Assembly (NCBI GenBank): GCA_041649835.1
Contig: JBAZML010000002.1
Span: 3,318-67,317, forward strand
From: Candidatus Shapirobacteria bacterium
Lineage (GTDB): Bacteria > Patescibacteriota > Microgenomatia > UBA12405
Length of the DNA: 64,000 nucleotides
Reading direction: 5' to 3'
Shown: piece by piece, positions 1 to 8,785 of the stretch
Layout of the letters: each line of letters begins with the position of its first letter
Numbering within the stretch: position 1 is the stretch's first letter
Notes under the pieces: generated by a model
The model's input: the letters and a program-made list of their open reading frames with translations, nothing else
Told to the model about the DNA's origin: nothing
Database searches by the model: none
Translations under genes and position numbers: made by a program

Positions 1-1
1 G

Positions 2-376
2 GAAAAGTACCCAGATAGAATCAATCAAATATGCTTTAGTAAAAGAGACATATTACCAGACAAGCCGGGTTTTGTAAAGCACACAGAATATTTTGACGGA
101 ATTCCTTTAACCACTTCCCAACATTGGATGATGGTTCCTTCAATATGGAGAATGTCTTTTGCTAAAAAAGGAATAGACGGAATCCTTAACTATAAAGTAC
201 ATGATTTCCATTGGGAACTGAACAAACTTCTGAAGGGTAGAAATGTGATTAACAATGCTGAGTGGGTACTTAGGAATACTAAAACTTTTTACTATGGAAA
301 AGTACGAGAAGGAAAATTAGTAGAGCATATAGGCAAAATTGACAAATCTGTACGAGAAAAAACTTACAAATGGTAG
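2..376 (+). CDS. C-terminal part of a protein truncated by the window edge, possibly a GT2-like glycosyltransferase
   Basis: The frame of ORF 128..376 is open back to base 2. It ends in a VEHIG motif common at GT2 C-termini and lies next to other glycosylation genes. Confidence 0.4.
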   Translation, partial: EKYPDRINQICFSKRDILPDKPGFVKHTEYFDGIPLTTSQHWMMVPSIWRMSFAKKGIDGILNYKVHDFHWELNKLLKGRNVINNAEWVLRNTKTFYYGKVREGKLVEHIGKIDKSVREKTYKW

Positions 377-414
377 GTTTACTTTGTTACTATAGTTTGT
401 TATAATAAACTAAA
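377..414 (+). promoter_or_regulatory. sigma70-type early promoter
   Basis: GTTTACT-N17-TATAAT followed by AAACTAAA, the same tail as the repeated early cassette. Confidence 0.6.
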
Positions 415-471
415 TTAGGCCAGCCCCTTAATCCATTGGGAAGATAGTAGCAGCCAAAAAAGGAGAACCAA

Positions 472-699
472 ATGGGAAGAGGGTGTTTATGTTCAGAGGG
501 GCGTATTATTCTTACTACTGACGTTACTAGTGGTAGGTCAGACCGAGAATCTTCTTATCGAGCAGATAGGCAATCATTAGAAGATATCCCTAAACATTAT
601 TGCTTTACTGATAGTAAAATAGTGGATGAAGATATTCCTAAAGGTAAGTGTATTCGTAGGTGTAATGTTTGCGGGAAAATTTTTGATTCTGAAAAATAG
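472..699 (+). CDS. small Cys-containing hypothetical protein
   Basis: AGGAG RBS, 75 aa ORF, C-terminal CxxC. Confidence 0.6.
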   Translation: MGRGCLCSEGRIILTTDVTSGRSDRESSYRADRQSLEDIPKHYCFTDSKIVDEDIPKGKCIRRCNVCGKIFDSEK

Positions 700-753
700 A
701 GATTGCAAGAGAATAAAAGGGAATTATATACTTAACTCCCGAAAGGAAAGAAA

Positions 754-1293
754 ATGATCTGGTTCACAGCCGACTATCACTTATCTCATAAGAATATTAT
801 CACCTACTGCAATAGGCCTTTTTCCTCGATTAAGGAAATGGACAACTTAATACTAGACAATCTAAAGTCTAGTATTAAGCCCGGAGATGATATATATTTC
901 CTCGGAGATCTATCATTTAATCTAGAGGCTGCCAGAGAGTTTTTGTCTATAGTAAAGAAATGTAATCTGACTTTTATTAAAGGAAACCATGATAAAAGTC
1001 AAGTTTTACAAGAATTGAGAAACCACAAAATTCCGATATACGGGCTCAAGACTATAACCTTTAAAGATCAACCTATAGTTCTTTGCCACTATAGCCTTCG
1101 GGTCTGGGATCGAAGTCATTTTAATAGTTGGCAACTTTACGCACACAGTCACGGAACCTTGCCTCCGATAGGAAAAGCATATGATGTGGGAGTAGATAAT
1201 AACAACTTTGAGCCCGTTTCTATAGTAGATCTTTTTAAGATAATGGAAAATAGTCCTAATAATTTTAATTACATAGAGAGGGGGCGAATATGA
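754..1293 (+). CDS. calcineurin-like metallophosphoesterase
   Basis: Motifs DxH (ADYH), GD, GNHD, HY and HSH. Confidence 0.9.
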   Translation: MIWFTADYHLSHKNIITYCNRPFSSIKEMDNLILDNLKSSIKPGDDIYFLGDLSFNLEAAREFLSIVKKCNLTFIKGNHDKSQVLQELRNHKIPIYGLKTITFKDQPIVLCHYSLRVWDRSHFNSWQLYAHSHGTLPPIGKAYDVGVDNNNFEPVSIVDLFKIMENSPNNFNYIERGRI

Positions 1294-1604
1294 GTTTATT
1301 TCTATTTTGCGCAGCTATGGTTGTATTCTTCGAGATGGGGTTTGTTACTTCATCTTTATTTGCAATGAACAGATTAGATGATAGAAAAACCGCCAAAATT
1401 TATTTAACTGAACTTTTCCTAACTGTGGCCCCTCAATGCACTCCCGGAGACAGTTTAGTAGATCTTGTTGCGCAAATAGACAACTATATAGCTGGGCAGA
1501 ATGATAAAATAAAAAAATTGAAAGAAGAATATATTGAATTGAAAGAAGAATATAATGAGCTCGAATCTTTTTTGGAAAGGCTGAAGGAAGAGGAGGAACT
1601 GTAA
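1290..1604 (+). CDS. membrane-anchored coiled-coil hypothetical protein
   Basis: Hydrophobic N-terminus, LKEEY heptad repeats, ATGA overlap with the upstream gene. Confidence 0.6.
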   Translation: MSLFLFCAAMVVFFEMGFVTSSLFAMNRLDDRKTAKIYLTELFLTVAPQCTPGDSLVDLVAQIDNYIAGQNDKIKKLKEEYIELKEEYNELESFLERLKEEEEL

Positions 1605-1855
1605 TGCCGACGGGTCAATGCTGTAGAAAATTCCATGTGTGCTAAAGTTGTGGATTAAATAATGGTTGGGAATATGTATATTGTTGTGAAGAACATTGGA
1701 AACAAAGTAAAGAATATAAAAAGTGGAGAACAAAATTTAGAGCTCTGTACAAAACCATAAATTCTATACAACAAATGTTTCTTATGGAATTTTTAACTGA
1801 GATGGATTCTGATTATGAAAATGAACTTTATGATTGGGTATGGAGAGTTAACTAA
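1604..1855 (+). pseudogene. Cys-rich zinc-finger-like ORF interrupted by an in-frame TAA
   Basis: Translates MPTGQCCRKFHVC*SCGLNNGWEYVYCCEEHW...WVWRVN. It has a GGAGG RBS, a TAATG overlap at the start and a TAA-ATG junction at the end. The internal stop is at 1643-1645. Confidence 0.6.
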
Positions 1856-2521
1856 ATGTTAAGATATATATTTAAATGTGCCGACAGTTATTGTACAGGA
1901 TTATCGCCCTTTTATTTAATGATTTACAGCATTGTAGTGGGCCTTGAAACAAAGTCCGCGTTTGAATTCGGGGCCGGGTGGAGCACGCGGGTAATTCTTG
2001 ATGCGTTAAAAGGAACTGGTGGACATTTATATTCTATAAGCACAGATTCTCAGAAAGACGTAATGATAAAAACCGAAATGATTTCTGGAAATCCAATAGG
2101 TCCTGGGGTACATGATGTAGAGCAATACTATAGTGAGTATTCAGAAAACTGGACTCATTGTCAGGGCAAATCTGAAACGTATCTTAAAAACCTAAGAACT
2201 CAGAATATAAAAGAACCTTTTGGCTTTGTATTGCATGATGGTTCACATACCGAAGAAGTGGTATATAATGATTTAGTTTTTATACTCCAAAAAATGAAAT
2301 ATAACTCTGTTTTACTTGTTCATGATGTTCTTCATTCTCATTGTGGTAAAGGAATGAGAAATGCTGTAGATAAAGCATTGAAGCCTTATGAGTATGAAAT
2401 TGCAACTTTACCATACGGTTTTGGTTTAAGTATCATAGTTCTTAAAGATAATAAGCATAATGGAATTGTGGAAATAAAAAGACATAAACCTACTAGCCAA
2501 TTTTTAACGGAGGTCTTATGA
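1856..2521 (+). CDS. class I SAM-dependent methyltransferase (Methyltransf_24-like)
   Basis: EFGAGWST motif I, HDGSH and VHD motifs. Confidence 0.8.
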   Translation: MLRYIFKCADSYCTGLSPFYLMIYSIVVGLETKSAFEFGAGWSTRVILDALKGTGGHLYSISTDSQKDVMIKTEMISGNPIGPGVHDVEQYYSEYSENWTHCQGKSETYLKNLRTQNIKEPFGFVLHDGSHTEEVVYNDLVFILQKMKYNSVLLVHDVLHSHCGKGMRNAVDKALKPYEYEIATLPYGFGLSIIVLKDNKHNGIVEIKRHKPTSQFLTEVL

Positions 2522-2791
2522 CCCTTGTATCTGTGTGGATAGCAATTTTCATATTATTGTTTTTTGTCAATAGGATACAAGCTGGGGATTATGATTTTAC
2601 TCCAGCCTTTCTGAGCGCGGTTCTTATGTTAGTGGGCATAGTATTTACTGCCAGTTGGCTAATCAGGGGGTGCGTGGGATAATGGATAGAAAATTTACTA
2701 AAGAAGAAATAGACAATTTTAAAAAATTCCAAGAACAGATGATTAAAGAGGGACTCATAGTTAGAAAAGAGATAAATAAAGAGGTTGCCAC

Positions 2792-3010
2792 ATGCAAATA
2801 GATGGCAAAGTAGAACAAATTAAAAGGTATAAAATTGTAGGGCCACATTGTTGTGATGAAATGGGTTATCTTTTAAGATCCTCGTCCTTTAATTCTAAAT
2901 CTGGTGCTATAATGGTCGGAGCTGATTTCTCTGTTGGTATAAAATATCTGGAAATAAGATTTTGCCCTTTTTGTGGAGAAAAAATAACATATAGTGAGAC
3001 ATATCAATGA
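2792..3010 (+). CDS. small zinc-binding hypothetical protein
   Basis: HCC...FCPFCG motif typical of small phage proteins. Confidence 0.6.
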   Translation: MQIDGKVEQIKRYKIVGPHCCDEMGYLLRSSSFNSKSGAIMVGADFSVGIKYLEIRFCPFCGEKITYSETYQ

Positions 3011-3954
3011 GGCAGTATAGAATCGCGGTTCTAGGTAAATGGGAAACATACATCTCATATTTTTTGATGGGTAGTCTTCAGGGGGCGTTCCTTAATGGTG
3101 GACTCGGAATTCCTATATCTATAGAAAAGAATTCACCCAATGAAATTTGGAATCAATTAAATTTCTTTAAACCTCATGCGGTCCTCGCTCATACGATTTT
3201 TGACAGACGACCAAATATTGGAGAGCTATTCGAAGTCTTCAGGAAATATAGAAGACATGGTGGTAAGGTTTTCTATCATGCAGGAGACGCTAGAACTGAA
3301 CCCAGATATCCTAAAGCCATTAATGATATAGTAGATTATGTTCTATTGAATCATTGGCCTATGATACCTGCCTACAATGTCTGGAAGATCCCCACAATCC
3401 ACTGGCCGTATGCAGCGTTGGCCCAGGAAGAAATTGCAAAACCTTCAGCTCTATATGTTTGCGACCTAGGATTTGCTGGAAGTTTGGAAAATAATCAGCA
3501 TCACGCACCTAGGGCCAAGTTTATTCAAGCACTCAAGTCTAAAGTTTCTATTAAAATCTTTCCTACTCCAGAAACCGGTAATACAAGATTTCAAACTCCA
3601 GAATTTGCGGCTTCAGCTAAAGGCTGTCTTGGTTTTCAAATGGGGTTGAATATGCCCCTCTATCAGGATGTTCGGCCTTTTCAACTCTGTGGGGCGGGAG
3701 CCTTATATTTTCATGATAAACACCCTTCTATGGACAAATTTTTTAAAGATGGAATTCATTATGTCGGCTTTGAAAGAGATAATGTAGAAGATTTCTATAA
3801 TAAATGGACATATTATCTTAATAACCCTGAAGAGGCTAATAAAATCAGGAAAGAAGCTTTTAGGTACTGTCAGGAACATCATAGTTACAAAGAAAGAATG
3901 CGAGGAATAATAAATATACTTGAGGGTAAAGAGTATAAGCTTCACTACATTTAG
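3007..3954 (+). CDS. GT-B glycosyltransferase (CgeB/Glyco_trans_1_2-like)
   Basis: FAGS, RPFQLCGAG, FKDGIHY and IRKEAFRYCQEHHSY C-terminal signature. Confidence 0.85.
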   Translation: MRQYRIAVLGKWETYISYFLMGSLQGAFLNGGLGIPISIEKNSPNEIWNQLNFFKPHAVLAHTIFDRRPNIGELFEVFRKYRRHGGKVFYHAGDARTEPRYPKAINDIVDYVLLNHWPMIPAYNVWKIPTIHWPYAALAQEEIAKPSALYVCDLGFAGSLENNQHHAPRAKFIQALKSKVSIKIFPTPETGNTRFQTPEFAASAKGCLGFQMGLNMPLYQDVRPFQLCGAGALYFHDKHPSMDKFFKDGIHYVGFERDNVEDFYNKWTYYLNNPEEANKIRKEAFRYCQEHHSYKERMRGIINILEGKEYKLHYI

Positions 3955-3960
3955 GTAGAA

Positions 3961-4049
3961 CTTCGGAGACCTTTGGCTCCGACTACACACTATGCCGACT
4001 TTAAACACTTAAGACCTTACTTTTAGTCGGAAGTAAGAAAGGAAATGTT
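3961..4049 (+). promoter_or_regulatory. structured 5' leader (candidate cis-regulatory RNA)
   Basis: Complementary segments TCGGAG/CTCCGA, CCGACT/AGTCGG and CTTACTT/AAGTAAG lie just upstream of the AAAGGA RBS. Confidence 0.4.
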
Positions 4050-4910
4050 ATGGTTTACAGCAAAAAAATGATAGTCGTGTTAAAAGTAGATGGTCACATT
4101 TTACGGGAATTTAACCACGAGAATCTTTCAGAATTTGAGTCTGAATGTTCTTTGCTCTTACCATTTGGTACAGAGTATTCGTTAATGTTCAAAAATCTGG
4201 AATCTAGAGCGGCAAAGTTAAGAGTCTGGATTGATGGAGAAGATGCACTTGGCGGCAACGCTATTTTGGTACATCCAAACAGATCTGTTGATTTAGACGG
4301 GTTTATGAATAGTTTCGGTAAAGTTACTAACCGATTCAAATTTATTCAGAAAACTGAACAAATTGTAGAACATCGCGGCGATAGAATAGATGATGGAATG
4401 ATAAAAGTAGAATGGACCTTTGAGAAACCTAAACCTATTCAAGTTGATGTTTTTCAAAAAAACTACTATGACTGGACTTGGGTAGAACCTATCAAGTACT
4501 ATCCATATTGTCCTCCGTATTCTCCTACTGTTACGTATGGAAATAGTTCAAATTTGCAAAGTAGAAATATTGGAGAAGCTTCTAATATTTCTTACAGAGC
4601 AGTAGCCGGCGCATCAATAACAAACTGTTGTTCTAATGATGTACCAGTAGCCTCTTGCGGCCCACTACCAGATGAAGGAATAACCGTTAAGGGTTCTGAG
4701 GCAAATCAATCTTTTGTTAACGGATACATTGGAGAACTTGAACCCAATTCCCATGTAATTATCATAAGATTAAAAGGAACATTTAAGACTTCACAAGTAA
4801 AAGTTCCTATAGAAGTAAAAACAAAAATACAATGTACTACCTGTGGTAATAGCGTAAAGTCTGGAAATAAATTTTGTCCAAACTGTGGGACATGTTGCGT
4901 AGAAATTTAG
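4050..4910 (+). CDS. hypothetical protein with C-terminal double zinc ribbon
   Basis: 286 aa, ends CTTCG...FCPNCG. Confidence 0.75.
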   Translation: MVYSKKMIVVLKVDGHILREFNHENLSEFESECSLLLPFGTEYSLMFKNLESRAAKLRVWIDGEDALGGNAILVHPNRSVDLDGFMNSFGKVTNRFKFIQKTEQIVEHRGDRIDDGMIKVEWTFEKPKPIQVDVFQKNYYDWTWVEPIKYYPYCPPYSPTVTYGNSSNLQSRNIGEASNISYRAVAGASITNCCSNDVPVASCGPLPDEGITVKGSEANQSFVNGYIGELEPNSHVIIIRLKGTFKTSQVKVPIEVKTKIQCTTCGNSVKSGNKFCPNCGTCCVEI

Positions 4911-4932
4911 AAGTTTAGGATCTTAAACAACT

Positions 4933-4964
4933 AGAGGAGGGTAGAAGATTTTGCCCTCCTCTTT
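4933..4964 (+). terminator. intrinsic terminator
   Basis: AGAGGAGGGTAG...TTGCCCTCCTCT hairpin followed by TTT. Confidence 0.65.
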
Positions 4965-4981
4965 AATAAGGAAATTTAACT

Positions 4982-6007
4982 TTGCCAAAACAATTAAGGA
5001 TTATTACATTAGGCGACTTTAAACAATACTATTCTTGGTATCTTGCTGGAACTATACAAGGATCCATTCTTAATGGTCATCTTCATTACTCAGTTCCGAT
5101 AAGACAAAAGCCTGTAGTTATAGAAGAACAAATCAATTTCTTCAAACCTCATGTACTATTCTGTCATATGATCTTTAGTGAACACCTAGTAGATGCTGAA
5201 GGCAAAACATATGAAAGAGAATCATTACATGAGGTGTTGTCTAGGGCTAGAAGAAAGTGGGGTACAAAGATCGTATATCAAGAAGGAGATGCAAAAAACA
5301 GTCCTAGATATTCATATCCTATAACCGATCTTATTGATTTAGGCCTAATAAACAGCCAACTTAACGAAAAATACTCTGAATTAATGAAAACAAAATTTAT
5401 TCACTTTCCTTATTTTGCTTTATATCAAAATGAAATAGAAACGCCTGATAATATATTTAGAACCCAAATGAGCTTCGCTGGAAATACTTCACCTAGAAAA
5501 GATGGGCATTTACACTCCGGAAGATATGAATTTATAGAAAAACTTAAACATAAATTAGAAATGAAAATTTACCCAGATAAAAATATTGGTAATTCTAAAT
5601 TTTGTACAGCTCAATTAGCAGCAAGTTCTAGTTCTGTTTTAGGAATTCATCAAGGATTTAAAATTCCTGGATATTTAGACACTAGACCGTGGATGTATTG
5701 CGGGGCAGGTGGCCTTTATTTTCATGATGAGGCACCAGCAATGGATCTATTTTTTGAAGATAAAGTTCATTATATTAAGTATAATAGGTTTGATGTTGGG
5801 GACGTCTACAATAAATATATGCACTACATGAGTGAGAACAGAGAGGCTGGAGACCAAATAAGAAAAGAGGCTTTTAGATATTGTCAAGCATATCATACAT
5901 CTAAACATAGAATCAAAGCAGTTTTGGATGTTTTAGAGAACGGTGGAGATAGAATTCCTGGACTATATTTAAAAAATATAAAGGAGCTAGGTTATGTCCC
6001 AGAATAA
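4982..6007 (+). CDS. GT-B glycosyltransferase (CgeB-like), paralog of 3007..3954
   Basis: Shares QxNFFKPH, CGAGxLYFHD and IRKEAFRYCQ with the first glycosyltransferase. Confidence 0.85.
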   Translation: MPKQLRIITLGDFKQYYSWYLAGTIQGSILNGHLHYSVPIRQKPVVIEEQINFFKPHVLFCHMIFSEHLVDAEGKTYERESLHEVLSRARRKWGTKIVYQEGDAKNSPRYSYPITDLIDLGLINSQLNEKYSELMKTKFIHFPYFALYQNEIETPDNIFRTQMSFAGNTSPRKDGHLHSGRYEFIEKLKHKLEMKIYPDKNIGNSKFCTAQLAASSSSVLGIHQGFKIPGYLDTRPWMYCGAGGLYFHDEAPAMDLFFEDKVHYIKYNRFDVGDVYNKYMHYMSENREAGDQIRKEAFRYCQAYHTSKHRIKAVLDVLENGGDRIPGLYLKNIKELGYVPE

Positions 6008-6225
6008 AGAGATTTGCAAAAATTGTAACTGGTTTAAAAATGGTCGGTGTCATAAGAATCCTAAGATTGAGGGGAAATCTCCTGATGATTTTTGTTCTTA
6101 TTGGGAACCTAAGGTGTTAAACGAAAAATTATGGTATTATTAGAAAATTGGATACTTAGCTATACTAATGATATTGTGGTCATTTTCTATTATATTTCAA
6201 AATCTGTGTTTTAAATAGTGTTGTT

Positions 6226-6864
6226 ATGAAAGTAAAGTTGTTTGATGAATTAATTATTCATGATAATTATGTGAGAATAGACGGAAAGCCGCTTGAGTCT
6301 ATTCTTGGTAAACACTGCGTATGGGTAGCCGCCCTCGAACTAAAAATTATACTTTCGTTTCAGGGCTATATTGAAAGTACTGCATGGCAGCGCGGAAGAA
6401 AAGCTAAAGAAATTAGAGAGCTGAATCTAAATGCTGATACTCCAGGGTTTACGATGGAGAGTCTATATAGTATAGCAAATGAAACCAGAATCCTACAGAT
6501 TTTAGCCGAAAAAAATATGTCTCCGTCTTCTAGGGGATATGCCTATTTCAAAACCGCTATGTCCACTATTTTTACAAAAGAATTATATACAGATAAGAAG
6601 GGTATGTTTGGGTATTATATACAAGATGCAAATAAACTAAGTCGAGGACAATATAACTTTGAGAAATTTAAAGAAGGGTTTTTAGATACTGGAAGAATTA
6701 AAGCAAATTCTGGGGCTATAGGCGATCTAGGAAAAAAAGCCGGGAATCTTGTTAATGGGTACTTAGTTGACGTAAGACGCACACGTGAGTATATGATGCA
6801 ATTTAATGGTCAATTAGATATTGATCCGCTATTAAGAACTTTAAACGTATTTAATAGGACGTAA
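6226..6864 (+). CDS. putative protein-kinase-like fold (sugar/small-molecule kinase)
   Basis: NETRILQILAE helix, GDLGKKAGN catalytic-loop-like segment and YLVD metal-binding-like motif. Confidence 0.45.
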   Translation: MKVKLFDELIIHDNYVRIDGKPLESILGKHCVWVAALELKIILSFQGYIESTAWQRGRKAKEIRELNLNADTPGFTMESLYSIANETRILQILAEKNMSPSSRGYAYFKTAMSTIFTKELYTDKKGMFGYYIQDANKLSRGQYNFEKFKEGFLDTGRIKANSGAIGDLGKKAGNLVNGYLVDVRRTREYMMQFNGQLDIDPLLRTLNVFNRT

Positions 6865-6867
6865 TAT

Positions 6868-7212
6868 ATGAAGTTACTAACCAATAAGTTGATTTTTGGG
6901 CTTTTACAAAATTTCTGTAGATGGAAAAAATGGAATATAAAAAATTTTCCATCACACGATGATTGGAACGTAAAGTCATTTAAATGTAATTTATTAGGAT
7001 TTATTTTGGGTAGTCAAAAATGTCCTAATTGTAATAAAATTGATACACTTTATTCATATGAAAATTACGATTCTTTAACTATATTTTGTAGTGAATGCAA
7101 AACCGAGTATTACAGTATTACAAATGTGCTCCATTTTGGGGATTTTGGTATACACTCGGCGGCTATTATAAATCTTCCTGATATAGGAATTATTAAATCG
7201 AGGAATATATGA
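6868..7212 (+). CDS. zinc-ribbon hypothetical protein
   Basis: CPNC...CSEC. Confidence 0.55.
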   Translation: MKLLTNKLIFGLLQNFCRWKKWNIKNFPSHDDWNVKSFKCNLLGFILGSQKCPNCNKIDTLYSYENYDSLTIFCSECKTEYYSITNVLHFGDFGIHSAAIINLPDIGIIKSRNI

Positions 7213-7859
7213 CAAAAGATGAATTAAAACAACAAATTAATGTTTTAACTCAGTTCCCCCACAAAGAACGATCACAGCCGTACCAGAGCTATTACCTTAA
7301 AGACGAGGGTTACATAAAAGGCACTAGAGATACTTTATATCGTTTTGACATAATGAAGATCGAAAAAGATTTATCTGGAAAGTCTGTTTTAGATCTTGGT
7401 TGTCAACTCGGTACCATGGGCGTGGAAGCTTATAGAAGAGGGGCCGGCCCTGTTCTCGGAATTGAGTACGAAAAGGACTATGTAAGTTGTGCTAAAGCCT
7501 TAGCAAAATATAATGAATTTGATATTACTTTTATACAAGGCGATTTAACCAAAGGAGATGAAGTTCCTAAATTAGTGAATAAATTTTTTAATAATAAGCC
7601 GGTTGATGTGGTTCTAGCTTTGGCACTATATAAGCATGTAAAAGAGCATATGTTTAAAGTATTATCAAAAATAAAATTTAAAACCCTATATATTGAGTCT
7701 CATAATACTGGGACTGCCGGCCTAGAAACTCAACATGTTAAGGAAATGCTTTTATTTATGAAAAAGTATGACTATTCTCCTGTGTTTATCGACTTCGTCG
7801 CTGACAGAAGTCTGCGCGCTATTTGGAGAATTGATTGTCATGACAATGAGGTTCTATAA
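7209..7859 (+). CDS. class I SAM-dependent methyltransferase (WbdD/CmoB-like)
   Basis: VLDLGCQLG motif I, GIE motif II, upstream YQ...RD..R pattern. Confidence 0.85.
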   Translation: MTKDELKQQINVLTQFPHKERSQPYQSYYLKDEGYIKGTRDTLYRFDIMKIEKDLSGKSVLDLGCQLGTMGVEAYRRGAGPVLGIEYEKDYVSCAKALAKYNEFDITFIQGDLTKGDEVPKLVNKFFNNKPVDVVLALALYKHVKEHMFKVLSKIKFKTLYIESHNTGTAGLETQHVKEMLLFMKKYDYSPVFIDFVADRSLRAIWRIDCHDNEVL

Positions 7860-7993
7860 AGCTGGAATAGGGGTTTTGATATTCTTTTACCATACAACTC
7901 ATTTAGAAATCTGTTTTATGTTCAGAAACATAAGATTTTGTCAAGACTATCCTATAGACTACGCTGGGTACTATAATTTTGTTACAGGTTAAA

Positions 7994-8023
7994 GTTTACA
8001 TTTTTGCACAATATGATTAAATA
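7994..8023 (+). promoter_or_regulatory. promoter GTTTACA-N17-TAAATA
   Basis: Same TTTACATTTT box as at 10620 and 52912. Confidence 0.5.
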
Positions 8024-8036
8024 GTATTAAAGGAGA

Positions 8037-8492
8037 TTGGTAATGTTTGAAGATTTAGTTGATGAAAGTAAATTTAAGCACCTAGAAGAAGATTGTGGCA
8101 GTTGTACTGGGGAAGAATGTGCTGTTGGAGCGTGTGCAGCTTGTTCTGGTTCTTGTCAACCTGAAGTATTAGAAGATGAATTGCCCATGTCATTTTTACA
8201 ATCTCCAGACCTTAAACAACTGACACATCTTACTCTAGAAGATCAAATGTATCTAAAGTATCATGTTGGGTATAATATTCAAAAGTTTTATATGCCTGCA
8301 TTCGCATATGATTGCTTGGAGAAAATTACAGAATATCCATTTAATGGTTCTTATGGTATTTACAAATTTTGTAAAGGTGGCCCAAAATCCGTAGAAATTA
8401 TAGAAAAAGGTAATTTAAGAACTATTTTAATTAAAAGACAAAATAATGCTGGAAAACCTATAGAGTATATTGAATTAGTAGAATTATATTAG
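8037..8492 (+). CDS. hypothetical protein with six-Cys N-terminal cluster
   Basis: CGSCTGEECAVGACAACSGSC. AAGGAG RBS, probable start at 8043. Confidence 0.65.
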   Translation: MVMFEDLVDESKFKHLEEDCGSCTGEECAVGACAACSGSCQPEVLEDELPMSFLQSPDLKQLTHLTLEDQMYLKYHVGYNIQKFYMPAFAYDCLEKITEYPFNGSYGIYKFCKGGPKSVEIIEKGNLRTILIKRQNNAGKPIEYIELVELY

Positions 8493-8497
8493 GAACC

Positions 8498-8779
8498 ATG
8501 GAAATTTACCTATCTACGCAACTCAGTAACTTTACTATAATTTGTCATTTTAAAGTAGACGATTACTCTAAAATGGTAAAACGTCTTTTGTCAATAGTTC
8601 CATCAAACTTTCTTTTAGGAAAAGACCAATATTTTACTATCGAAGACTATTTTAAGTTGATTCCAGAATCAACACTAGGGCCATTTTTCTTTGATGGAAG
8701 AATGATATATGGAGGCTCTACTTATTATTTAGATTACGACTTAGAAGATGATGAGGTTTATCCGTTAAAAAGGAAATAG
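8498..8779 (+). CDS. hypothetical protein
   Basis: 93 aa ORF in operon with an AGGA RBS. Confidence 0.55.
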   Translation: MEIYLSTQLSNFTIICHFKVDDYSKMVKRLLSIVPSNFLLGKDQYFTIEDYFKLIPESTLGPFFFDGRMIYGGSTYYLDYDLEDDEVYPLKRK

Positions 8780-8785
8780 AAGGAT

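Noticed and set aside
415-470. GC-richer leader as riboswitch or tRNA fragment
   Set aside because: No recognisable aptamer consensus or cloverleaf.
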